64,000 nucleotides of DNA from Camelus dromedarius (lineage: Eukaryota). Of this stretch, positions 49,584-61,991 are shown in pieces. The notes beneath the pieces are model-generated. The model was not told the origin of the DNA. It searched no databases and worked only from the letters and a program-made list of their open reading frames with translations. Made by a program: the position numbers and the translations under genes. How positions within the stretch are numbered: the stretch's first letter is position 1; each line of letters opens with the position of its first letter. The stretch is taken from positions 12,340,001-12,404,000 of the forward strand of contig NC_087438.1 of NCBI RefSeq assembly GCF_036321535.1. Reading direction: 5' to 3'.

Positions 49584-52129
49584 ACTCTGTTTCTTCGGTG
49601 TTCATCTCCTCCATCAAACATCAGATAAATACTAGCCTGGCAGGGTTTGGAGGCAGACTGATCTGGATTCAAAACAGATTCTTCTTAGATGTAACGCCAT
49701 CATGGGCAGCTTCCTTGGTATCTCTAAGTCTCATTTCACTTAAATATAAACATTAAAAAATAATAATATCTATTTTATCAAAATGTTACGAGAAGTCAAT
49801 GAACGACATTATATGAAGAACTTAGAACTTAGCTGAACTTAACTGAAGGCAGGCACTCAGAAAGAGTGAAATAATGTCAGTTATCTTCTCTCTTCTCTTC
49901 ATTTCCATTCTGTTCTGTGATAGGTAATTAATCTGGTCAGACCATTTACAGTTCTGGGTGGTAACATGTCCCACCTCGTGTGACTTACATGGGTATTTAA
50001 TTTAATAAGAAACTTCAAAATATTATGCTTAATAAAATGATTTCAATGGCTGAATTTTTCCGGTGGGCAGGATCTCATAAATAATATGAATAATCACTTT
50101 CATCTCTTCTTTGATTTTAGAATTTAACTTTGCCCATCTGCAGTGCAACATATGCCAAGTCTTAAAATACTCTCAGGCTGACTGAACTTACTCAGCATTG
50201 AGGATGTGTTGGGATTGTTCACATGTGTTTCAGGATGTCATTTGAACCACCCAGAACTCATTCAATATGGAAAACTAAGTGAGAACTTCTCAAAGGAACT
50301 TATGCTCTTCTCTTCAGAGGTCAATGGAATTTCCTGTTTCTGTTTGGACTCAAAATATCATGTGAAGTTCTACTTTCTCTGAACACTTTGGATCCTGGCT
50401 TGACCCAGGAAGGCACAGCTTAATTTAAATGGAAAACGCACACATATCACAGACACTTTATCACCTCCTCCAGTTCTGAGGCATGTCTGCTTGACCAGAC
50501 GCTGATTCCTGTCCACGACATCCATCGTGGAATGTATTCTTCACTTTGCTGAGATTTACTTCCTTCTCCAGAATTGCCAAGCACTCACAATTTCTTTCCA
50601 CCTTTTTGTACTTTTGAAAGCAGGTTGAGCATCAGATAGAGAGAGAAATGGATGGAAAGGAATTGGTAAACTTTTCTTAATCAAAGGAAAAACTTGCCTC
50701 TGAAAATAGAAGTTTCATATAATCAAATAAAACCTCTTGCTGTACTGAGGGCTCAAAGCAGTCCTTTCCTTGCTCTAGGTTTATGTAAGAGAACAGATCT
50801 ACAAATTATATTATCGTTGCTTGAGCATTCTTGTCTTCCTTTTCTGTGTTTTGCCTCCCTAGGTGATCTGTGTCTAGAATATTCCAATTTGGTATGCAGC
50901 TAAAAAAAAAAAAAAAGCTACCTCTACTTTTTGGAGAAACGTAGAGATCTGAGTCTGAAGTAATAGAACGGGTACCCTCTGCAGATCCGCTGACCATCCT
51001 GTTCCTATTTGCATGATTAGAGATTAAACATCTTTCAGCCATGTGTGAACTTGGCATGCTGGGGATTCCTGCTAAAAGCTGCACTTCCTTCTACATCTCA
51101 CTGCACCCTCTGAGAGAAGTCTCTGAGTACTTCCTTCCAGCTGTCACCAAAAATGATGAAGGGCCATTCACTGATAGAACTGCTTTGAGTGCCCCCGCCT
51201 GTGTATACAATGAGTAGAAAAGCATTTATTGCCTTTTCAAGGGCAGTATGGGAACCATTACACTAACCCAACCAGGTTCTTTGCCTAAAGGATGGGAGGG
51301 ACACTGCTATGTTCTGACAGAAGTCTTCTGTTGTTTGGGAGCAGAGATTATTTAATTTCTTAGAAAGTCAAGTCAGAATGTAAAGCAGCGTTGATTGATC
51401 AGGACCGACTGAAAGAATGCCTCGCAGCGGCTAGTCTGTAAAGTCTTTCTCAACTTCCTACTTCTGACATTTACCAAAAAGTGTGTTAGTTGCAATTCTT
51501 TTAAACCTCAGTCATGGTGTCCGTCAAACAGGAAAGAGGTCACTGAGAAGAAGCCAAAAAATCACGTATGTTGCTTCTTCCTGTAACTCATTTAGAATTT
51601 TGATGATCCCACACCTTCTGAAAAACAATTCAGATGACTAGATATGGGTCGTTCTGAACAAAGTTAATTATTGCCCAGTAGCCAGACACACCTACTTCAT
51701 TTTCAAGATTATACAGTTTGTTGAGGAACCGATGATGGTAGGGAAGGGGGAGGTGCCATTGGGTGAGCTTTCTCTTCTGGGACCATTGTTTTTACCTTGT
51801 TTCTATCCGCATTGACTAGAAGCCAGAAAAATAACTCAGTCAATTTGAAAATTATTTTAGTTGATCACACAATTATAATCATAAAAAATAGAAGTGGATT
51901 TAAAGAGTAATTAGCTCATAATCTACTTTCTTATGTAACAACTCTCAATTTTCCCATATTTTTTCCAGTCTTTGTTCATTATAATTGGAAAATAGAGTTC
52001 TTTTTTAACTGATGTCATTTAACCAAATGTTTTAAAATGAGATATGAAACTATAGGGCTTCAGTGAAAACATACATCTGTACCTATTAAATGGGGCAAAG
52101 AGAAATATTATTTAGTGAAAAAAAATATA

Positions 52130-52560
52130 CAAGCCATAAGAATTTATTACAGTTATGAGTCTTTATGCCAAAGCAACATAAAAGCTGAATATAAAGCAAA
52201 AAATCATATAAAGAAAACTTAAAAATAAAAAAATTGTTCTGAGAGATTTTTAATATATCTTTTGCAGAGTTTAATAGACCAAGCAGGTAAAAATAAGGAA
52301 AAATAGAGTTTGAAATATGTCACAAACACCCTCAACATCGTAGAGATGTATATAGGACTTTATATCCTCTAGAAGATGTATATTCTTTTATGACCATGGA
52401 CATTTACAGAACTCAACTGTGTAACTGGCTGCAAAGAAAACCACTAGTACATTTCAAAAGGTGGATTTTTGGTGGCAATATTCTTTGATCATAATTCAAT
52501 AAAACAGGAAATCCATAATGTACACATAGATACTTCAAATTAAAGAAAGCTTTGCATAAC
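52130..52560 (+). mobile_element. Decayed L1 ORF2 endonuclease-region fragment
   Basis: ACATTTACAGAACTCAACTGTGTAACTGGCTGCAAAGAAAA..TTCTTTGATCATAATTCAATAAAACAGGAAATC. Confidence 0.6.
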
Positions 52561-55429
52561 CTAGTGGAACCTGTTTAATATCTTATTTTATCATCAGGGA
52601 GTAATAAATGGTATAGAGAGACTACGTTAACTGCGAACTTGTGAATGCAAGTACAACCAAAGGTACTAGTTAGGTGAGAGGCTGGACCTTATTGGGGGAT
52701 TCCAGATTTGTTGTAGAGTTCCAGCCTTCAATCTTTAGAAATATTTCCGGAAGTTCAGAAAAATCTTTGTAAGGAACTAACTTTAGGATTCTAACAGCTG
52801 ACAAAGACAGAATGAACTTTAAATATTGTTTCTTTTTGTTTCTGGCCTTAAGGAAATGAGAAGCATTGTGGTAACAATGGCGCTTTTCCAAGGGCCCCGA
52901 TAAGATCTCCCTTCCGTGTCTGGAGCTGAGCGCTGAGGTACTAGACTCTTAATCAGCAGAAAGAGGAAACCAAGGCTTTCTTCTCAGACCATCGTGGCCT
53001 CTGTAGAGCGCAAAGCCACCTTCTCCAAAATTCTCTGGATGCTGCCAGCTCAGGATCCAGTTTTTGTTGAATTCCCCTTGGGATTAGACTAAACAAAGTA
53101 CTGTGTTCCCAATTTAATGGGTGGTTCCTTAGAAGAAGTTCTTCCGTGTTTCATAAAGATAAAGCAGCTTAATTAAGCTATGCTTAAAAGCCTGTTCTGT
53201 CAATATCATGATTCTATCCATTAAATTAAAAAAATAGATTTCACGAGGTAACCAGTGTGAATTGGGTTGGGACGGGGTTGGAGCTGTCTTGGATGAAAGA
53301 AACCTTTAAAATTTTTAGATGAGTTCCCTGGGTAGATCCCTGCCTGTGACAATAAGAAATTTTTATTTTATCCCTTCAATAAACCTCAGAAGATGTAAGA
53401 AGACGTAGGAGGGGTACAGATAGAAGACAGCCTCTCTCTTTGATTCTGATGTGGAAACAAGTCATCTAACTTCTTTCCATATTTTAAGTCTCCATTTGTA
53501 AAATGGGATCAGTTAAGAGACTGAACGTGAGCTGGCACTGGCCGAATGTGAATCATTACCTTGTAAAGCCCCACGCTTCTAGAAGATGCCATGTTGCGAA
53601 AGACTTCTAATAGCACGCTCTGAATTAACAAGGAGGAATTTTAGTTTCATTCTAAAGTAAAATGTTTACCTCGGAAGGGTGGAAGAAATGAAACCCAAGG
53701 CCTGCAGACTCTTGTTTGCATCTTGTAGGTGTAAACACATGGAATCCTTTCTATTGCAACAGTGATGTTGACAGAGCCAGCATATTTCATTAAAACAAGA
53801 AGCCCGACTAATAACTGCTACCAGCTGAGGCCCTCAAGTGTTTTCCTCCTTTTATTTATCTTTGCATCTTCCTCTTTCAGAGAGCCCCCCACCACGGATC
53901 TCCTTCTCTTTGGAGGCTTGTTCTTCTGGAAGGTGGGGGTGGGGTCGGGGGAAGAGGCATGGTGTCACTCGGGACCCCAGGCTTGGCCCATGGAGTCTAC
54001 TCTTCCTCTCCCTGGCTTGCTGGCCAGACTCTGGTGTTTAGAAGATCAAACCACGCCGAAGGCAGCCTCAGAAGGAGGAGGACCTCCAATTCTGCCACCA
54101 TCTTCAATGTACCATCTTGCTCGCAGTGCACAGTCACACAAAAGAATCACACTGTCACTCAACTTCCTTTATCACAGAAGGGAGCTTGGTCCATTTATAT
54201 GCTTACTGGGAAGAAAACTGGTTTGGAAGTTTGTAGAGCTGGCTGCTAGAGAATTAGATAATATACTCATAAGCCAGACTTAATTTTTCCCCTCAGTGTT
54301 TGCTTAGAATACCAGAGGAGGAGTGGCATTTATGGTCTGATGTGCAGTGATTAGGTGACAACAGATGTGTACCTACACGTGACACTTTTTGAACTTCTTG
54401 AAAGGAAGTGATTTTTATATCCGGAAGAGCAGAAATGTCAGTATTTAGCAAACATTGAGTATTCTAATATGTGACTTAATTGGAAAATCAAATAAAATTG
54501 AGAACATATAGTATTCTTGAAAAAGAAAGGAAACAAAAAATAAAAGGACTTACTTTGATGTGACTTGATGTCATACACAGCAGCATTCTCTTTCATTATA
54601 CTGTGATATTTTTCATAAATCTGAGACTAGGGTGAAAATTTTCAGCCAAATACACGTTGATTGTTCACAAATGAGGTACGTGACCTCTTAGAACACTGAA
54701 GCTGACAGAATTCGGTAATGTACAAGTTTCTGACTCTCACGTGTTCCCTTTTTGCCTATTGGAAGATCAGACCTCTAGGATCAATTAACAAAGGATATGC
54801 AGAAAGTCTTCAGGCAATTTTACTCAGGGCTGAGTTTGGATACACCCATGGGAAGAGCAAACATGTTAAAATGCCGTTAACTGATTGAAATTGCTGTTTT
54901 GCTTTAGGGCAAAGATCTCGAGATCAGTTTACTCCTCACAAGTACTTGGGGCTGTTCCTTTAGCCACCTTGGAGGGAGGGGTTCCTCAAATTATTTTATT
55001 GACTTTCACTAAATCCTTATGACTTAGGCAATTGTTTGGACCAGAGGGAAGCTGGATTGGTCTTGGGGGTGTAGCTGACTGTACGGAAAGGCAGCTGCAG
55101 AGACTGGGGGACAGAACCCCTTTTAGGCCACAGCGAGTCAGTCAAATCAAAGTGCGTCAAAAAGAACTCTTATCGTGTTACCCACAGAAAATATCCAGAG
55201 AAAATCCATCAGTTGAAAGACATACTGGCTGAATCAGTGTGATTATTTCCTTCACTTTTTACTTACTAGCAGTCTAAGCAGAGTGCATGACATTGTTTTT
55301 GTTTTTGTTTTTGTTTTGGCTTTTTTCTGGAGTTTCACATCATACTGATCCACTCAGTTTGTACTTTCTGTTGTTGAATCTCTGTTGTCTGATTCTTAAA
55401 AAAAAAGGCTTCTCTTAAATTTAATTTCT

Positions 55430-55628
55430 AAATTTAAAAAAATTTAATTTATTTATTTTAAAAATTGAAGTATAGTGGCTGTATATTATTATGTAAGTTA
55501 CAGGTGTACAATATAGTGATTCACATTTTTTAAAGGCTATATACTCTGTTTATAGTTAAACTGGCTATATTCCTTGTGTTGTGCAATACGTCTTTGTAAC
55601 TTATTTTATATCTAACCGTTTGTATCTG
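55430..55628 (-). mobile_element. Cetartiodactyl L1 3' end
   Basis: AATTGAAGTATAGT..GTAAGTTACAGGTGTACAATATAGTGATTCAC..GGCTATATTCCTTGTGTTGTGCAATA. Confidence 0.85.
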
Positions 55629-55744
55629 TAAAGCTTTTAAAGAGGATTTCTCAGGAACCAGTGGAGAAGGAAGTTTCTTAAACCCTGTGAGTACCACAAG
55701 CCAGAAACTAAGAGCAAGGATGGAATGTAGTTTGCTAAGATCCT

Positions 55745-56439
55745 CAATGGTTCTCAAACCTGACCACACTTAAGAATTACTCAAAAAAACTTGTTAAAAA
55801 CACTGATGCGATGCTGAAATGTTTGAGGGAGAAGTATATAGATGTGTGTCATTTACTTTGAAATGTGGGGGAAGAAGAGGGCTAGGCATGTGATAAAGGC
55901 AGGTGTAGGAAGATATTAATGGATTAATGGTAGAATCTAGGTTTGGGGTGTACATCTGTTCCTTGTAAAATTCTTCTAATTTTTCTGGATGTTTGGAGCT
56001 TTTCAATAATAAGATAGTGGGGAAAAATAAATATTAGGAAATATGTAACATTTGCAATAAAGAAAAGAGATGATAGAGTGCATTGTGGAATCAATACAGT
56101 TGAAGAATGGATTAGGCAATTGTAAAATTAGATTTGGAAACTCTCCCCAAATAAAAAGAACAAACAGGAAAGAAACAAGAGTTAATAGAAAATAGTGAGA
56201 TATATGGGATGGTAGGAAGTACACAGAATCCCAGAAAGATAGAAAAATGAAAATCCAGAAAAGATTATATTTGAAAAAATAAAGGAGATTAAAAAAAAAA
56301 AAACCACACAAAATGCTAGTTTCTCTCTGCGTCCCTTCCTGTATTAATGAAATCTAAATTTCTGAAAATGGCCCCCTGCATTGGTATTTTTTAAGCTCTG
56401 TCAGTTACTTTAATGTACATTCAGGGTTGAGAACTGCTG
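55745..56439. mobile_element. MER5-like hAT element split by a ~500-bp L1-derived insert
   Basis: Left half CAATGGTTCTCAAAC..CTTGTTAAAAACACTGATGC, right half ..GGTATTTTTTAAGCTC..TTAATGTACATTCAGGGTTGAGAACTGCTG. Confidence 0.7.
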
Positions 56440-57074
56440 GCTGCGAAGTCACCTTGGGAGACTAATATGCTTCAAAACCAAGCAGATATGGGGGTGCAGA
56501 AATCATTAAAATGGAGCAAGAGCCAGGACTTTAACAATAGCCTGGTCTTTCTGTAGGTTCTGAAAGAGGGGCTTTTATCTAATGGTAATTCGTCAGTTGC
56601 AATCAGGACAGGAAAACATGTATTTAATCATTAATTAGTGCACTATTTCTTGATGAAATTCTTGTGCTCTTGGAAATCAATGGACTTGAATTTCACATAC
56701 TTACAGCTTAATTAATGTTTTTTGGCCTCAAATAAAAAACTTCATCCATGAAAATGAAAGACACGTTAGCTATTTAAAATTAACTTTATTGTTTTTGTTA
56801 AAGGGATAGATGTCTGTCAACCGTAAGCTAAGAGTCCTTTTGTACATGGTTCATTATCTTGAAGTGGAGTCAATTCTGTCTGTGTTTGCGCTTGACTAAA
56901 GCCAGTGTGTGGAGTGACAGAGCTGGCGGGAGAGGACTGCTGGGAAAGCTGGGATGGAGTGAGCAGGGCCAGTTTCCAGAATGAATTAAGAGGGATCATC
57001 TGAATAACAGCTCATCCGACTCCTGTGACGTCTGCGCTGAGAGGATGCCCCATCTCAGCATTTGGTACTCAGGA

Positions 57075-57619
57075 TGTTGCAGAAAAGTGTGTTACAGCTC
57101 AGTTGTGACAGCAACCTGGATCCAGGTGATAGACCAAGCAGCACTTGGAGAGTTGGAGAACTCAGGTTTATTATGCCAACAGGCCCAGAGGAGTTAACAC
57201 TCCAAGCTCTGGACCCTGTCTGTAGGTTTATACAGCCTTTTATAGGCTACCAGTCTAGACTTTCCAATATTTTGTAACATCATATGCAAATAAGGCATAA
57301 CAAAAGTGACTAATTAGGAACAAGCTTTGTAGAAATGGACCAATCAAGAGTGAGGGAAATGGACCAATCAGGAGTGAGGGAAATGGACCAATCAGGAGTG
57401 AGCTCCATGCAAATGAAGCACTACAAATGGACCAATCAGGAGTTAGCTCAGGGAACCAATAGAATCTCAGGGGTAAGTTCTGCTTTCCTAGAAGTAAGCT
57501 GTTTCAGAGTTTAAAAAGCAAAATAATGCTGCTGGGCCAGGGAACCAAATAGTGCTGGCAGGAGGGTAGTGGCCCTGCCTGGGGATCCTGCCATCTTTTT
57601 CATGGGGCTTCCCACCTCA
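57075..57619 (-). mobile_element. Young ERV1-type solo LTR with CCAAT-repeat U3
   Basis: TG...CA termini with a perfect AGGA TSD (57071-57074 / 57620-57623). Reverse-strand TATAAAA at about 57240 and AATAAA at about 57170. Contains 24-bp tandem repeats. Confidence 0.92.
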
Positions 57620-57666
57620 AGGAGGCTGGGTGGCTCATGCTGTATCCTAAGTCTCAGTCATTCTGT

Positions 57667-58086
57667 GTGTTAAGGGTTGAGTTGTGTCCCCACAAAATAC
57701 ACAGATTAAAGCCCTAACTCCCAGCACCTCAGAATATGACCTGATTTGGAAATGGGGTCATTGCAGATGTAATTAGTTAAAATGAGGTCATACTGGGGTA
57801 GGGTGGGCCCCTAATCCAACATGACTGGTGTCCTTATAAAAGAAATAGACACATGGACCCACAGAGAAGGTCATGTGAACGTGAGGGCAGGGAGTGTGGT
57901 GACGCGATCTACAAGCTGAGGAGAACAGCCTGGAACACATCCTTCCCTCATGGCTCTCAGAAGGAACCAAACCTGCTGCCACCTTGACCTCAGATGTCCA
58001 GCCTCCAGGACTGGGAGACAGGAATTCCTGCTGTCAGGCTGCCCAGTCTGTGGTCCTTTGTTACAGCAGCTCTAGTTAACTTACAC
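57667..58086 (+). mobile_element. MaLR LTR (MLT1B/C-like)
   Basis: CAGCACCTCAGAATATGACCTGATTTGGAAATGGGGTCATTGCAGATGTAATTAGTTAAAATGAGGTCATACTGG...TTTGTTACAGCAGC. Confidence 0.92.
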
Positions 58087-59057
58087 ACCATGTCTTGATC
58101 TGATGTTTGCTCCTCCCTCTCTGTCACGTCCAGTGGTTTCCCTCAGCTGGGGCACTAGACGTTCGACCTTGAACTTGACGTATTTACAAGGTCTGCATCT
58201 CTTTTGGCTCCATCTGCTCTGCTCTTCTGCAGGTGAGCGGTCTCCCCAGGTCTTCTCAGTGTCCCTGCGTTGTGTCCCTCCAGTCAGGAGTTTCTTTCAG
58301 GATCATGATACTTTGAGAGAAATCTCCTCCGAGCCTTATCTCTGAGCAAATTTTGCCAATGGTTGTACTGCCCTCTTACTTGGATACCTTTTATTTTTGG
58401 CAGATGGTCTTCATAATTTTAATTTGGGACAGAGGCCTTTATTCTATTTCATTTAAAATGGAGTTTCCTTATGTTTTTGATCTTTCTGTTGCTTTCGATG
58501 GATGTCAGTGACTGTAGTGGAGTGAGCATAACTTCCTTCTGTCATCAGTGAGTAAATATTTAAAAGAAGATTTACAGTGACAAACATTTCCATGACCATT
58601 TCTCAGGTAAATAAGCCCTGGCAAGAATTTATTTAAGAGAAAGGGATTCATGATGAAATTGAGAGTTAGTATCTTAAGATGCTCTGTCATGGTGGGAGTT
58701 TAATTCAATTTAAAACATTTATAAAAAAACCTTTGTCAAGCACCAGGCTAAGGGTGGGACATTTCAGTCTCTTCTTTCAAGGAAATTATTATAATCTGTC
58801 TGTAGGGCACAGAAGCAGAGAAAAGTAATTACAATCCAATGTGGTTAGTGTAACCCCAGATACGCGGATGGACAGATTCTTCAGAGTTTAGACTCCAGAT
58901 TCCAGAGAAGTTAGTAACCCTACACTGATTAGAAGTTACTGAATTAAAGGTTGTATTTGTTACTTCTAGAAGCTGATTTCACCCAGGATAGACGTGGATT
59001 GCTTCTGGTGCAGATGAACCCAAGGTTCCAAGACTGAGCCCAAATTTAGTTTTATTT

Positions 59058-59358
59058 CAAGGGTTGGACAAGCTTTTTTGTGAAGAGTCAGAGGATACAT
59101 TAGGCTTTGTGGGCCACACTCGTTCTTTGTTGTATGTTCTTTTTCCTTTTTCTTTTTAAACAACCCTTTAAAAATATAAAAACCACTCATAGCTCTTGGG
59201 TTATCACACAAAAATGAGCGAGGGCTGGGAGGTGGGGTATGGCTTCGTTGGTAGAGTGCATGCTGAGCGTGCGTGAGGTACTTGGTTTGATTCCCAGTTA
59301 AAAAAAGAAAGAAACAAAAAGGAAAAGTGAGAGTGGGCTGGAGTTCGCCACCCCTTGT
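59058..59358. mobile_element. MER58C-like hAT-Charlie element (hosts a SINE)
   Basis: TTAGGCTTTGTGGGCCA..ACAACCCTTTAAAAATATAAAAACCACTCATAGCTC...GTTCGCCACCCCTTG. Confidence 0.75.
59228..59322 (+). mobile_element. Short Vic-1-like SINE
   Basis: GGTAGAGTGCATGCTGAGCGTGCGTGAGGT..GGTTTGATTCCCAGT plus an A-rich tail. Diverged TSD AAAATGAGCGAGGGCTGG / AAAGTGAGAGTGGGCTGG. Confidence 0.8.
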
Positions 59359-59479
59359 TCTGTTCTAGACTGCTTTAGCCACTCCACACTGCTCTCTAAA
59401 TCTTGGAAATGGCCCTAAAACCATCAGCGGAGATGGCAGCTAAGAATATCATTCAGAGTTAATCAAAACTCAAGGTATG

Positions 59480-59940
59480 ACGGTTGTGTTCTCGTTGGCT
59501 GCCCTCAGCGAGAGGGCTGTGTGTGCCCACTCCTGCCACGTGGCTCAGAGTGTTCTACCCTGTGGGTTAATTCGCTTCAGCCGCACACTGACGGCGGGCT
59601 CGGCCACGAGGTCTGCTTCTGTACGCCACCAGTGGAGAGGTACTGTGCCACTTCCCAGCAGAGACATGAGAGCCGTCCTTGTGGTTACAGCAGGATGTGG
59701 TTCTGCCTTTGCACAGATCCACCTTTGCTTTCTCCTCCTTCCTTCGATCAACATGACCTAGATGGGCTGGAACTTCGAAGGAAGAAGACACACAGAGCAG
59801 GGTCACAATCAACTCTCAGCTGATCTGTAAAATGAGCCAGAATTAAACCTTTGTTGTTAGATGCTCATGAGCTGTTTTTACGGTTTTTGTTTTTGGGTTC
59901 TCTTGGTTGCAGTTACATTGTCTAAGAGTGTGGTCTAGTA
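59480..59940 (+). mobile_element. Old MaLR LTR (MLT1I/J-like)
   Basis: TGTGCCACTTCCCAGCAGAGACATGAGAGCC..GAAGAAGACACACAGAGCAG..ATTAAACCTTTGTTGTT. Confidence 0.55.
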
Positions 59941-60565
59941 TGTACACAAAGACACCTGTGTCCCCACAGATGTTCCAGTCTAGTCCACCCACCAAAAGAA
60001 TGGAGGACATTTTAAAGATGAGTAAACTTTAAAAACTATATTCTTGCTCTTCTTATTTTATCTATAAAGTTAGTTTATTTTAGAAAAGAGGTAAAGTTTG
60101 CCATACGTTGCTCAGAATTCTAACCAAGGAAATTTTGAAAACTTGAATGAGCCACCATGTAAATCAAACTGTTGTTGTCAGAACAGCTGATTGTTCATGA
60201 AGCCAGAGTGCGATCGACTCAACAAAACAATCACTGTAAACATGACCTGTATTTATGAATAATTCAGAGCTGAGAGTGCAACACTGCAGCTATTTCTAAA
60301 TAATGGTCTATAAATAATAAGTGTAGTTTAATCACTAGACCAACTGATAAAACCCATCCACAGTGCTGAGCCCTGCTGCTCACAAATTACTTTATCTTCA
60401 GATGCTAAGATCTGCCTCTTTGGATTCCACTGTCAACTCGGGATTTTGTCCCTGCTGGTTAATGACTAGACAAGATGAGTCTCTAATGTAGGATATTCTT
60501 TTGCAGACAGCTCTTTTGTGGGCTAAGTACATTTATTAATAACACAGTCAGCAGTATTGATTATG

Positions 60566-60680
60566 CAGTTGAACAACTGTGGGTTTGAACTGCGAGGGTC
60601 CAGTCATACACAGATATTTTTCAACAGTAAATGTTACAGTGCCACACGGCCCCTGGTTGGTTGAATCCACAGATGTGGGA
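60566..60680. mobile_element. Partial Tigger2-derived element
   Basis: TTGAACAACTGTGGGTTTGAACTGCGAGGGTCCA..GGTTGGTTGAATCCACAGATG is homologous to 36923-37040. Confidence 0.75.
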
Positions 60681-61034
60681 TCAGCTGTAACAGCTGACAT
60701 TTACTGAACATTTCACCTGGGCTAGGAATTATGCTAAATGCTTTGGGTGGTTCCTCCATCTCCCTCAACTCTGAAACAATTCTGCAAAACGGGTACAATT
60801 ATTATACAGGCTGAAAGATGAGGCAATGGGGACTTGGAGACATATGATAATTTACGTAGCAAAGAAAGGTCTGAGCCGCGTTTTGAATCCTGGTCTGTCT
60901 GACCCCGGACCTCATGCTCTGGTCCGGAGGCCATGTCTACCTTGTAACTTGTTCTCTTTCTGCCACTGTCAGGCCGTTGGGGCCTTGCAAAAGCCAAATG
61001 AGGTCACGTCTGTGAGAGTCCTTTGAAACCTGTT

Positions 61035-61100
61035 GGGCACCGTGCAGATGTAAGTGTCAAGGTTAACGGGCACCGTGCAGATGTAAGTGTCAAGGTTAAC
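61035..61100. repeat. Perfect 33-bp tandem duplication
   Basis: GGGCACCGTGCAGATGTAAGTGTCAAGGTTAAC x2. Confidence 0.97.
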
Positions 61101-61960
61101 ACTTTCTGTAGCCCAAGCTGTCCAGGGAACATTAACACCCAGCGTGGAGGTTCAGGTGTAGGAACTCAGCGTGGAGGGTCCAGGGTGCCTTGTGCATTTC
61201 TCCTCCATATGATTAAAAAATAAGACAGCCTGCCCATCAAAAAAGATGCAGGAGCTGGTGACGAAATCCTGATGGAATTCACAGGAGAATCTGTCTTCTG
61301 CCTTCACATCTCCCAGGGTGAATTCGTTAGCACAACAGCTCATACTTTCTAGGGTAAGCATAACACGTGGCCTGAAAACCAACCCCTTGAGACCAGTTCC
61401 TTGAACTCCCTACACCTGATTTATTGGATCAAATGTCTGGCATTTCAGGCTGATTTTAAAAATGGAAACAAATCAGGCGACAGAGGATGCCTCTGGGATC
61501 CGAAACTGGTTTTTGTCCTCTTTTCACAGAGGAACAAAGTTAGAGAATTTGTATCTAAATTACTTGGGTGGAAACACTGTGAAGGACAGAGCTAAGGTTT
61601 GTGGGTGGTAGGCAGAGAAACAGGTGCGTTTTCTGGGTTACGGCAGGTGCTCATTAGAAGAACTTGCGGCAGGTGCCTGGGGACAGGGCTTAAGTCAACA
61701 CGTTTCCTGTACTGTCTGCCTTCCAAACTGGGCCCTGAATCCTTCTATGGAACTTTTACAGGCCCTGGACTGTAACTTGGATGCTTCATGATGAGAGGAG
61801 AGTTCGGTGGGGAGAGCAGAGAGGCAGAGGCGAATGAATGGGGGAGCCAAGGAGGCAGGAGGCTTAGGAAAATCTTAGAAGATCAAGAAATGTGTTGCCC
61901 TAACCATCAGGGAGGAAAAAAAAAAAGAAAAAAAGAAAAGAAAAACCCAAAGCCCAAACC

Positions 61961-61991
<31 letters not shown>

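Noticed and set aside
53762..54283. 173-aa ORF
   Set aside because: Composition reflects pyrimidine and purine tracts. No recognisable family.
57332..57446. CRISPR-like or regularly spaced repeat array
   Set aside because: Head-to-tail repeats without unique spacers inside a retroviral U3, in mammalian DNA.
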